Source of the DNA: Podarcis gaigeae | Taxonomy: Eukaryota | Length of the DNA stretch: 64,000 nt | Direction: 5' to 3' (one strand) | NCBI GenBank assembly: GCA_964106915.2 | Contig: OZ066922.1 | In this document: in pieces, positions 38,101-50,100 of the stretch | Position numbering within the stretch: position 1 is the stretch's first letter | Layout of the letters: each line of letters opens with the position of its first letter | The notes under the pieces: generated by a model | Databases searched by the model: none | Seen by the model: the letters and a program-made list of their open reading frames with translations, nothing else | Told to the model about the DNA's origin: nothing | Position numbers and translations under genes: made by a program

Positions 38101-41100
38101 CCCAAGACCTAGCTAGACATCAGTAGGTCTGAATTCTCAGTAAACACAGTTAAGATCAGATGGTTATATATATATGTGTTAAGATCACCTCACCCACCTG
38201 CTTGCATATTTCCTCACACTCACCCCACAGCCCTCACCTGCTTTAAAGAATGGAGAAAAGCTTCAGAGTATGGTTTTCTGAATCAACTCCTCTCTGTGAA
38301 ACCTCAATGAAGCTACATTTGATGCCGGGGGAAGGCACTTCACAAAGTGGCTTGTTTTATATCCAATCTCCTCCTCGTTTTAAGAATAAAGCAGTTTTAC
38401 CTTTATTTTGAGGCCAGAATCACTATGTGTATGAGTCTTGGATAATTTCCTCATAATCTCAGCCCCTGTCACAGGACCAGAAGAAACACCAGCGGGCGGG
38501 GGGCGGGCACCAGTTCCTTCCAGAAGCATTGTATGTTCACTGACAGTGGCTGAAACATCCAACAGTTGCACGGATTAATTATAGGAGAAATGTAGCCAAG
38601 GCTATTGGTTATTGAGGATGCTTATTACTAGGCTGCCCTGTAAGTTCTCATTTACATCTGGTACACAGAATTGCAGACATTTGATTTAAACCCAATTTGA
38701 GACCCTAAAACGTGGGCTGTTGAAAGAGTATAATGCATTTCTGAAGACTGAGCTGCTCACATCCATTTTTTTCCTTGTCTCTTTGCCACAACTATAAAGT
38801 CGTTTTCCATTTCTATGCTCTTTTCACAATTGCCTTTGCATCAAGATCTTCTTTGTCAATTTATGGCAATCTAAGTGAAAAGCTTTATGTAGCAGCATTA
38901 GTAGAGTGTTTTTCATATTGTACTTAAGATACAGCAAAATTACTAAGAACCAGAAATATCGATTTGTTGAGTCTTTTCTAATACACAGGTTTTTCAATAG
39001 TTGTGTGGGAAGCAAAATTGTAATTCAATATAGTTGCATAATGGTAACAAGCCTAGTGCTCAGAACTGCAATATTGTCTTTCTTGTTGGGCTAAAAAGCT
39101 TCAGAAGGTGCTGCCAATACTAAATAAGTATGTACTTGCTTCCAAAGTGTAATATTTGCTGCCAACTTGCACACTCTAGCATAGTTGTCCATTTCTAAAC
39201 ATTTTGATTAATTCCCCCCCAGTTTTCCCTAACACAAGAGCCCTCTTCCAAGTGTTCCTTTCTCCATGCCATTAACAATGTGAACAGGAGACAGCAGAGA
39301 CAAGCAAATTCACCCAACCGTCCACCTCCCTGTATAAACTGTAGAGCAACTGTTTGCAGCAGGGAACTGGCTCTTCTCATGTAGGTCCTTCACATTCTAG
39401 AACCCTGGATAACCAAGATTTTAAAATACTTGAGGATCCTACACAATTAAAATACGCTTTCAGCTGCAGTCACCCTCCATGTAGGGCAAAAGAAGCAGGG
39501 ATGAAAGGGATGGGAAGAACATGCTTATCTCTGTATGTAATGTTAATTGTGCAGAGAAAGGAATACCTGAATAGACAAAGACTGCATAACCACTACTAAT
39601 TAATTCCACGTGGCACAGACAACACTTCTGTGTAGGTTGAAATCAAAATATGTTAAAACTGATAAATTTGCAAGAAGAAATGCAATAGCAGATATGTAAG
39701 TGAACTTACTGTCCATGCTAACCATGTTTTAAATTATTACACACTAAGATCTCATTGATTCTTAATTGCCTGGGTGCCTGATTCAGCCCCCCAAGCAATT
39801 TTTTCTGGCCCTCCAAGGTCACAAATTTTGGTAGCAAAAATGAAAAGTATTAAGTAGACACGATTTTGGGGCTTACATCTTTTCACCCAGTCAGCATCCT
39901 GACGGGGATGCAAATTTTCAGTCTTCAAATCAATCATTTAATGAGTGGACAGGGAATCATAAGTTCTCCATTTCAATTGATCAGAGGAAGAGTCTGTGTG
40001 TCTGTATATCTGTGTATCTGCCTGAGTGCCTTCTGTCCTGTTTGCACATCCTGTGTGTGCACGTTGAGTGCAGCATAGTCACACCTACTGCTGCCATGCA
40101 GCCCACAGATGGCTGGCCAAAGGTGAACGTAGCCCAAAAGGTTAACTATTCCTGCATTAGAGGCTATGACTTCAGCTTGTGAAGCAACTAAGTTGAGTAC
40201 CTTATCTCATGGATAAGAAAGGAACATATATACTAGCCTTAAGCTTTCCATTCCATTCCATAATGAAATATGCAACAGCACACAGAAGGAAAAGACAGAA
40301 GCAATTATTATTATTTATTCCCAAAGCAAAGTAGATTAGCTTAAAGAAAACAAAACCCAATGTGTGCTTGTGCAACTGATAGTCATTAAATAAGAGGATG
40401 TGTATGGAGTGAGAAAGAAGAAAGAAGAAAAAGAAAAGTTTAACACAGTACATTTACAGAAGCAAGTTAAGCTGAGAAAGTGTAGTTGAAATACAAAGAT
40501 ACCTGCATCGAACTCAAATTCTGCTCCATCAGCACTCGTGTCACTTTGAAGACCACCTCCATTGTCTAGGCCAAAGCCATCCTCTTGCTCATGGTGTACA
40601 GTTGACTGGAGTTTCATTGGCTGAGCCGGCCTATGTAAACTCACTCCTTTGAAGGCTGGAGTTACCACAATGAATTTCATCCACTGTCTAGCAAGCGCAA
40701 TGAGACCTTTCTTTAACGTCACCAGAGCAGGAAGGCCATCGCTCTAGAAGACAAACACATAGTACATTCGAAAAACAAATTCAAAAAGGGGAACTCCTTT
40801 TAGCCTGTAAAAGGGGGACCCAACCAGGGTATGCAAGGAGCCAATCCATACTTCTTTCAGACAACAGATCCTACCAGCTAGCCCACAACAGCCCAGCTGG
40901 GATGGACCTTAAAGTTCTTGATTTTATTAAAAGAAAAGAAGGTTTATTTTTTTTCTTTTATCTTACCACATTAACGTCTCTGTGCTATTTCAATAGAACA
41001 CTTTATGGCCAAAGCAATTCAGACACTTGAAAACATACAGGTTTGGCTAGGAAATTTAAGAAAACAACTTCCACTTAAATACATTTGTAAACACATGACA

Positions 41101-44100
41101 AATTAGCTTACCATAGTTGCATCTTCAATGATGGAATAGTTTGCTTGATGAAGATAGTGGTGCAGTATATTACACAGCAAACAAGAAGGATTTTCTTGTA
41201 GGTAACGGGCTAATTTAGTGAGTCTGTTGTACTTGCTTCTTAAAGGAAAGTGTATGCTTTTGTTCTGAACATATAAAAGTGGTTACATTTATTAAATTCA
41301 CTGATTCAATACATCAGAATACATCAATACACAACACATTACAAATCTAGCACCAGGCCTGCACATATTGTGCATATACCAAAACCTAGATACAGAATTA
41401 TATTAGGATTTTACTATTTAAAGGCATTACCATTTTAGCAACATTGTAATATTTCATTATTTTTTATTGATGTTAAAACAGAAGGCTGACAAAACTTAAC
41501 TTCTTATGCATTTCACATTATATGAAAACTACAGAAAACAAATAAACATAACAACATGTTTTGTGGACCCACAATTTCTTCGTTGAGTACAAATCCCTAG
41601 TCTTTCAATCTCTTCCTATAGGACCCATGCTGATGTTTCCATGTGGTTTTACTCCTATTCTGCTGAATTCAGTTGCATGTCTAGTATTCATCTTCTACCA
41701 CAGCCACATCAGTACATGACAAAATACTAAGTACTCAAGTACTGCAATTAGTAATGAAAATCATTATGCAATCAGAATAAATTAAAACACAAGTCACCTG
41801 AGCACCAAAAAGCATTCATTCTGTTTCTGCAAGGATTACCCTAATAACAATTTGAGATGCATGGGAAATGTAATGATATATCGAGTAATGTTTTGGCCTG
41901 GTTTCATATGATATCCTACTAATGAAATATTAGAGCTATTGTAAGGCAAACAACTAGTTCAAAGCCACATGCAGAAGGACAGTAGAAGTGTTAATATCTG
42001 GCCAGTAAAAAGCATTCAGCACTGTTCCAGTACTTTCCAAGGTTCAGGTATCTGAACGTAGAAGTACAATTATTTTTAAAAGGCAAAGATGCCAATATCA
42101 ATGTCAATATCCATTTCCAGATTGGCATTATAATATTCACATTTGCATTCTGTTTGTCCTCCAAGATAGTATACATGAGGTTATTCCATATATTCCAAAG
42201 GAACAGGCTAGGAAAACTATACTGGGCTAATAAGTGTTTGCAACTATGAACCCAGGGGGGACTGCCAACACACTTCTGAAAATTAAACCACTTTTAAAGG
42301 AGGTAGTGATACACTTAATTGTTTATCTATTCATCAACAACACACCCACCTCTAAGGCTTCGGTCATTATACAGCCCATGACAGCACAAACCCGTAGTGT
42401 TCCTTCTGTTTCTAATTTGTTTAAGGAGGACTTCACTTGATCAATAGGAAGAAGCCAAGCACCAACAGCAGGAGTTGCTGTGCTTAGAAGGTTCAGCTGC
42501 CTGTTTGGGGGGGGGGGGAAATCAGATATAAAAGTATAATTTCACCTTCCTTAGGGCAACTCTGGTGATTGAATATGGAATTTTCATTTAAATATTCTTT
42601 AACTGTAAACTTGAAAGGTTTAATTATTTTTCCATAAATACCAACAACCCTGGTAGTGTTGAAACCCAGCTTTCATCTGTACATATTAGGAACTCAATCC
42701 AAAGCCAGCTCATATAAAGCAGGTTAAGTTCCAAAAGTTTATTATAGACTCAGAAATGCAGATCAAGGAGACAATGCTAGTGAGCAATGCCAAATTTGGA
42801 TAATTATGAACTGAGGTAATCGTTAAGTAGACCTTTGTTATGGCAACAACTACATACTGCAACAGTTAAAGTGAAAGCTCCTCAGCTCAGGAAACTCAGG
42901 CAAGGAGCTTGATCTGGATGAAGACCCTAGCATGGACAAAGTAACTCTTTGTCTCCTGCTAGGATCCTGATCTAGAATGCCTGCAATTTGCATAGGAAGA
43001 AAGGTTTAACTGGGAGTTGGGGAGTTCCCCCACCCAATACAAATTATAGACACTGAGGGGAGACTCGTCTGGACTGAGAGCACATCAGGGCCCCCATTTG
43101 TGTATATGGAGGGGGGGAACCCTGTACTTCAAGGCAAAGATACATAGCTAACATACCATGTGGTTTGGCCTAAAAGACTACAGTACGCAGTCTGAATACC
43201 CTAAAGCGGAAACCACCGTACCTTGAAAATATATGGGCAGGTGAACGCACATTTGTAGGAGCAGCAAAACTGAACCAAATTTCTTTGATTGTCAATTTCA
43301 TGCTACAAGAATCAGGTGGAGGTGGCCTTAGAGGGTGGTCTTTTTTCAGATCATCTGATTCAACCCCTTCATCCTATATAAAAAAGATAAAGGGAAGAGA
43401 GAAGAAAGAAAGGTGCAAGATAAATTTGTTTTTCAGAATGGAAGAAATGCTTCCACTTCTTTAAAATATTCTGAAAGTGCTCGTGGATTGCATGCTTTCC
43501 CAGTGGGATGCATCGAAAGTGAGCAATGACAAGAAAATCAGATCCATTTAGCAAATAAGAAAATGTGTTGCTACCAAACAAGAACATTAGAAAACATGCC
43601 TTGTACTGTTAAAACGGAAAGGGGTCAAACCATAGCAAGAGGTTATTTATTTATTATTACTTTGTCAAAATCAGTATATATATGTATATGTATGTATATA
43701 AAGAAAAAAGAAAACATGTCTCACCTGCTCATCTGAAATGGAATTTGGATGAGTGTCTGATGCAGCACTTAACTGATCACAGGGAAGATTTTCATCAGAG
43801 ACATCAGTATTATAACCACTACCGGTTGGAGAATCAGAAGAATTGTTGGATGCAAGCAATCCACCCCTTTCTGCAGCTGAAGATTTACCCATGTTCCCAA
43901 ATGTACTATATAAAACAGCACCAGACTGTCTGCCACCTAGAAGTATAAGAAAGAGGGAAATGTTGGTTTGCTCACTTTATTATGTTAGGGCACAAAAGAA
44001 ATGGTCCAATATGTTGCTTTACCTTTTATTGTCAAATTTTCGATTCCACACTCAAACATTATCCAGCCCCATTTCTCTTGGCTGGGACCTATCCGTGTTA

Positions 44101-47100
44101 CATCTGGAACAGCCTGATGATCCGTTTCATCTACAAATGAAAAGTCGTCCAACTCTTCCAATGTGAAAAGGACTTTTGATTTTTCAAAAGGAATCGCTGT
44201 TATGGCACAGGTCCCAATATCTGCAGGGAGGAAATTATTGTTGATATCAGTATAGCTGTCCAGTAAAATGTTATTTATTTCATTTGTGGGAATACAAATA
44301 CAGTTCAAGACATAAGACTAGAGCAGTGCACATTTTAGGCCATTGTGCTATGGCTATACGTTATTCCAACAGTGAAAATTTGCTGCAATGAGTAAATTTT
44401 GACAAGAAATAGGTAATGCAGTTCTGATAAGTGTTTTGTAGTGGAAAATCTTTGAAACTAGGATTACAAGCAAGTTTACCTGCTGTATCAAGGCCCCTGA
44501 GTTGCCCATGAATACGGTGAATATTAAGCTTTGCTGCAATTTCTTTTCCTTTCTCTGCTCCAGCATTTGATCGCAGAGAACCAGAAGACTGAGGCTGCAT
44601 TTTATTGGTATGGACATACTTGTCAAAAGTTACAGAGCTTCTCCTCGTTTCGGTACTGTTTGGATTTTCTTCAACAATACCCCTTTTAAATGAAAAGGAA
44701 ATATTTGAGTCGTTTCTTAAACTTCATTTGTACCATCAGCAAACATATTTACAATTCAAGTGCTTTTGTTGCCTAAATAAATGCTAATAGCAAACAGCAA
44801 TAACTGATCAGGGCAATCAGGTGAAAGTCATAGTTCTCATAGTCACTTCTGCAAAATATACATCACAAGTCTGCCCTATATCATCTAATATGAAATGCTT
44901 ATCATACATAGGACAAGATGGTTAAACTGTTTTTAACATATCATAACGTTTCGCCCAGAAATCTACACTGCACTCGTTTTGAGAAAATCTGGAATGATTT
45001 GAACCCATTCCTTTCTTTTTCCATCTCAGTTTGAGACTTACTTTCTAATTTAGGAAGAAGTTGCTATCAAGAAATTGCTTGATAGGTACTTTATTAAGCT
45101 CTGCTATGTAATTACAAACAGACACTATGAATTATCAAAGGGTACTCCCTTACCTGTTCATACGAACCTGTGTAGCAATCCTATCAAAACACAAAGCCAC
45201 TAAAGAAACATGGGTAACATTTTTGCTTGCAGCTGTGCTTGACGATTCTTCCACTGACGCTTGCAGTAAACACAAGTTTACCTACAAAAAGCGATCCGAA
45301 AGAATAATGAAAACCTTTGCCGTGTTCTTTAAGGATATAAAACAAGGCTTAATTTTCATCCCACTGAATGCAGAAAAACCAACAACAACCTGAATATCAC
45401 TTCACCCAAATGATGCTAAAATAACAATGTTAACTGAACAGCCAAACTATCTTGTCTGAAGTGGTATCAAGAAAAATGGAGTGTCTTGTCTCCATTTTAC
45501 ACCTTGGTGCCCTACTCCATGCTGCTGGCATAATAAGATATAACATTAAGCTAATGCATAAAATTACCCATCTTGCAAGTTTGCTTGGTCATGTTGCTTG
45601 TTACCTTGGGCAGTGAAACATTGGCTTGAAGACCTTTAATGGTCACGTTATCTTGCTTGAGAGAAAGATTTGTCTGTGTTTTTACTTGTGTTGTTCCCGC
45701 AGCAGGGGTTTCTATTTTTGTTCCTCTGATATCCTGCTTGGAAGACAGCTGGGGAGAAATTGATGCCAGTTAGTGCTCCGTTTAGCCTGTTTAAGCTCGC
45801 AGAAGTAAAAATGGCACATAATTCAGAGAGTTCAGAAAGATCTTTTAGGGCAGGAACTAAAGCAAAATAACTTAATCAAAAGCTGTGATGTCTCTCCCCG
45901 TTCTTAAGCAGACCACTACTACTTACAAAAGAGAGACAGAAGCAAACATCACCATGGCTATTTCCTTTCCAACCCCACTTTCTGTGAATAAACCTTATGT
46001 ATTTAGTAAAGATACTATGACATAATAAACATACATTTTCTGAGAAGGTTGTTTTTCTGTTCTGTACAGCTTCTCTGAGGACCTTACAATGCAAATCATC
46101 CACAATGGCTGCAGGGTGACACGTGCAAGCGCAGTGAACCATTGCCTCTATATACCTGTAGGAAAATTAGTTCAAAACAATTTCATTCACAAGAAATAAA
46201 ATCAAGATACAATCCATACATAGGCTACAAACATTTATTAGCTTACCTTTTTTAAAAAAAATATTTTATTAAGGGCTTTCTTGTTTTACAGTGTAAGTGT
46301 AATGCCTCGTATTTTTTTCCCCCGTGTAACATTTTTACAAATCCATTTCATTTGTTGAGGCATTAGGGGGAGAAGAAAAAAGAAAAGAAAAAAAAAAAGA
46401 AAGAAAGAAAGGAGGGTGGAAGGAGGGGAGATGGATGGGGGTGGGGTGGGGTCGGGTAGCGGTGTTTCTATTATGCTTAATGTATGTAGTTTGGTGTCAG
46501 CGTGCTTGTGTTGTTCACTTGTGTTCCTTTGGTGGTGAGAGAGGTTGGGGTTGGCCTAGGATGTGATTGTTTGATTGTGATTAGCTTACCTTTTAAAGAA
46601 AAATATGGGTGTGGGGTGGGGACAATGGGAAGGGGAGATACTGAAGCAAGTTGAGTGTAAAGCTTTTCTCTAAAACCATTTGCCAGTTCTGAACCTAGAC
46701 ATTTGATTCTGGCAACTAATCACATTTCCACAAATATTAGGTTCTCCTACAAACACCAAGCAGGAGTCTTGTGCTTCCTCAATACATGGGAAGCCCTCCA
46801 ATCAATGCCTGCAAAGAGACAGTAGTGACCTGCTTTTGTAGGTCCCTTTCCTTAACTAAGTTTCACCTTTGGCAGCCCTATGCTTCTCCCAGCCTTTTAT
46901 GGTCTGGCAGAACATGGGATAATGGGGTAGGGTCTCTGTCAGGACCAGAACAAGTCAGTGTGTTGCATCACTGGAGTGTGGCACAACATGAACACTTGAT
47001 CCTTGGCATGTGCTACAAATTGTCTTCCTATATTCTTAAAAACGTAATGTGTTGTTACACGCTGCAGTTCACTTCACTTGCCAACAGCCAGTCATATCAA

Positions 47101-50100
47101 CATGAGGAAGGGCAGGTAGGCCCAAGCAAGCTGTTTAACAGAGAGGGGCCCTTCACCCAGTGGTTTAGCAAACTATTGTGCAAAGTGCTTCCCTGTTCCT
47201 TAAAAAGGGTGTGGGGCAATAGAGGAGGGGCTTGGGTCAAGCTGGAGAGGGATAGGCAAGGGGGTGGATAAGGTATAAAGGGAGGAGATTGGTAAGGTGT
47301 GGGAGAAGGGCAATGGGGTAGGAAGGGTTGGTGAGCAGAGCAAGCAGAGGTGATAGCCAGTGTGGTGTAGTGGTTAAGAGCAGTAAACTCATAATCTGGT
47401 GAACCAGGTTTGATTCCCCACTCCTCCACATGCAGCTGCTGGGTCTCAGCCCCACTCACCTCACAGAGTGTTTGTTGTGGGGGAGGAAGGGAAAGGAGAA
47501 GGTTAGCCGCTTTGAGACTCCTGCGGGTAGTGATAAAGCGGGATATCAAATCCAAACTCTTGTTCTAATTAATACTGGTGTTTTGCAACCACAGTATTTC
47601 AAAAATGAAAGAGGGAGACATATCTCTAGTTCCAGTGAGACAGATAAGAAAGGACATTGAAGTGATCCTTATTTGGCTGCACCTCATTTCTTAAAATATG
47701 TCAGGCTAGCTTCCTGTGATAAGGCTGGGTGATGGGCCATTAAGGGAAACAAAGGAGAAAGGCTTTGTGTGAGATGGCAAATGTGAGATGGCAAATGGGT
47801 GACCGCTCCCCCAGCTCATAGTTAGTTAGAAGTTGAACCCAGAGTTTGGAGCTGTAGAGTAAAGCAGCAAACTATTTGAATCCAAGGCTGTGGCTATTGG
47901 AGAAACAAGACCCTTTTGGGGTGTTGATGCTGTGAACTGCTCTATTATAGGCTCAGGTTGTATATATGTATAAATAAATTATATACAGTGGTGCCTCGCA
48001 AGACGAAATTAATTCGTTCCGCAAGTCTTTTCGTCTTGCGAGTTTTTCGTCTTGCGAAGCACGGTTTCCCATAGGAATGCATTAAAAATCAATTAATGCG
48101 TTCCTATGGAAACCTCCTTCAGACCAGGTCCGGGGACAGTCTGTCCCCCGACCTCTTCTGAAGGCCGGTGGGGGGCGAAAGTCTTTGCTCCCCCCCCCGC
48201 CTGCCTTCCCGGGACAGCGGAGACTTCTCCGCTGTCCCGGGGCGGTCTTAAAATGCTGGCCGGCGCGCTGCCGTCCCCCAGCATTTTAAAAGCCCCTGGG
48301 ACAGCGGAGACTTCCCGGGGCGATTTTAAAATGCTGGCGGGCAGCAGCGCTGCTGCCCGCCAGCATTTTAAGATCACCCCAGACAGCGGAGAAGTCCTTC
48401 ACTGTCCCGGGGTTTTTAAAATGCTGGTGGGCGGCAGCGAAGGCTTCGCGGGCAGCAGCGCTGCCGCCCGCCAGCATTTTAAGATCACCCCAGACAGCGG
48501 AGACTTCTCCGCTCCCGGGGCGATTTTAAAATGCTGGCGGGCGGCAGCGAAGCCTTCGCTGCCGCCCACCAGCATTTTAAAAACCCCGGGACAGCGGAGG
48601 ACTTCTCCGCTGTCTGGGGTGATCTTAAAATGCTGGCGGGCGGCAGCGCTGCTGCCCGCGAAGCCTTCGCTGCCGCCCACCAGCATTTTAAAATCGCCCC
48701 GGGAGCGGAGAAGTCTCCACTGTCTGGGGTGATCTTAAAATGCTGGCGGGCGGCAGCGCTGCTGCCCGCGAAGCCTTCGCTGCTGCCCGCCAGCATTTTA
48801 AAATCGCCCCGGGACAGTGGAGGAATTATCCGCTGTCCCGGGGCGATTTAAAAGCCCCCGGGAAGGCAGGCAGGGGGGACAAAGACTTTCGCCCCCCACC
48901 GGCCTTCAGAAGAGGTCCTGGACCTCTTCTGAAGGCCGGTGGGGGGCGAAAGTCTTTGCTCCCCCCCCCCGCTGCCTGCCTTCAAAAGCCATCCGGGATA
49001 GCGGGAAGCGCTTCCCTGCTATCCCGGACTGCTTTTAAAATGCTGGCGGTGGGGAGCAAAGCCTTTCGGCCCCCGCCGGCCTTCCTGGACCTCTTCTGAA
49101 GGCCGGAGGGGGGGGAAAGGCTTTGCTCCCCACCGCTAGCATTTAAAAGAGGTCCCCGGAGATTTCCCTATGGGCTTTCTTCTTGCGAAGCAAGCCCATA
49201 GGGAAATTCGTTTTGCGAAGCGCCTCCAAAACGGAAAACCCTTTCGTCTAGCGGGTTTTTCGTCTTGTGAGGCGTTCGTCTTGCGGGGCACCACTGTATC
49301 CTAAAAACACCACAGTTGCCACCGTGCCTCATTTCCAAAAGGAAACATGAACCCTGGGTAAGCACCTGGAACCTCACACCACTCAGATTGGGTTGACATG
49401 CAGCAATACTTTACCATGTCAACATTGAGGCTAGTTATCCTTGACCATTTGAAGCACCAAAACAACACCATGACTTGTGCTGCTGCAACAAGCCCATGTA
49501 TGTGATCCCATCAGCTGTTTGTTATAAGTTCAGACTGTTAGGTTCATTCTTCTCCCCAAAATGTTAAATACCTGTCTAAAGCTTCTGCTACAAGAGGAGT
49601 GAGAACTACATCCACAGTTCCTTTTATTTCCACAATAGCGGTTGTTCGTGTCTGGGAAACTGGGTGATCGAGCGTCCATTCCTCCGTTATTGTTTCATCA
49701 TCTGTATTATCAAGGATTTTCTTATCCAAGGGAGTATATGGGTTACTAAACAAACAAAAGTACAAATTATTAGTTTTTAAAGAAAATATGCAGCTGCTTT
49801 CTATTGTTACTTGACACAGCAGAATTTATTAGAAGCATTTATTTGGCTAACCCTCTTTTCAAGATACAACTATCTTGCAGTGCTAAGAGAACAAGGTGAG
49901 AGAGTTTAATAAGCTGTCTAATTTGAAGAATGGCAGGTGTTCACACAAGGCCAATTCAATCACAAAGATAAGAATCCCAGTAAGACTGCAGCATTGGCAC
50001 ATTTATTTGTTGGGTGTTTTCTCAAATGACTAGCTTAACCTAACGTCAAAAACGTATTTTTGGTTCATAATTCAGTGATTCGTAAATAAGGATGTAGTTT

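Noticed and set aside
38550-38660. Upstream alternative acceptor extending exon 25
   Set aside because: In-frame TAG stop before the real acceptor.
47352-47425. tRNA gene
   Set aside because: The A and B boxes belong to a SINE head that continues into SINE body and tail; no complete cloverleaf.
46771-47555. 166-aa and 152-aa ORFs
   Set aside because: Run through low-complexity purine-rich sequence and a SINE; no recognisable protein.
48200-48870. CRISPR-like array of palindromic repeats
   Set aside because: Units alternate between two repeated hairpins with no unique spacers, there are no cas genes, and the array lies within transposon TIRs in a vertebrate intron.
48093-49099. Overlapping ORFs up to 208 aa on both strands
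   Set aside because: By-product of a GC-rich palindromic repeat; no DDE/DDD transposase or other domain signature.
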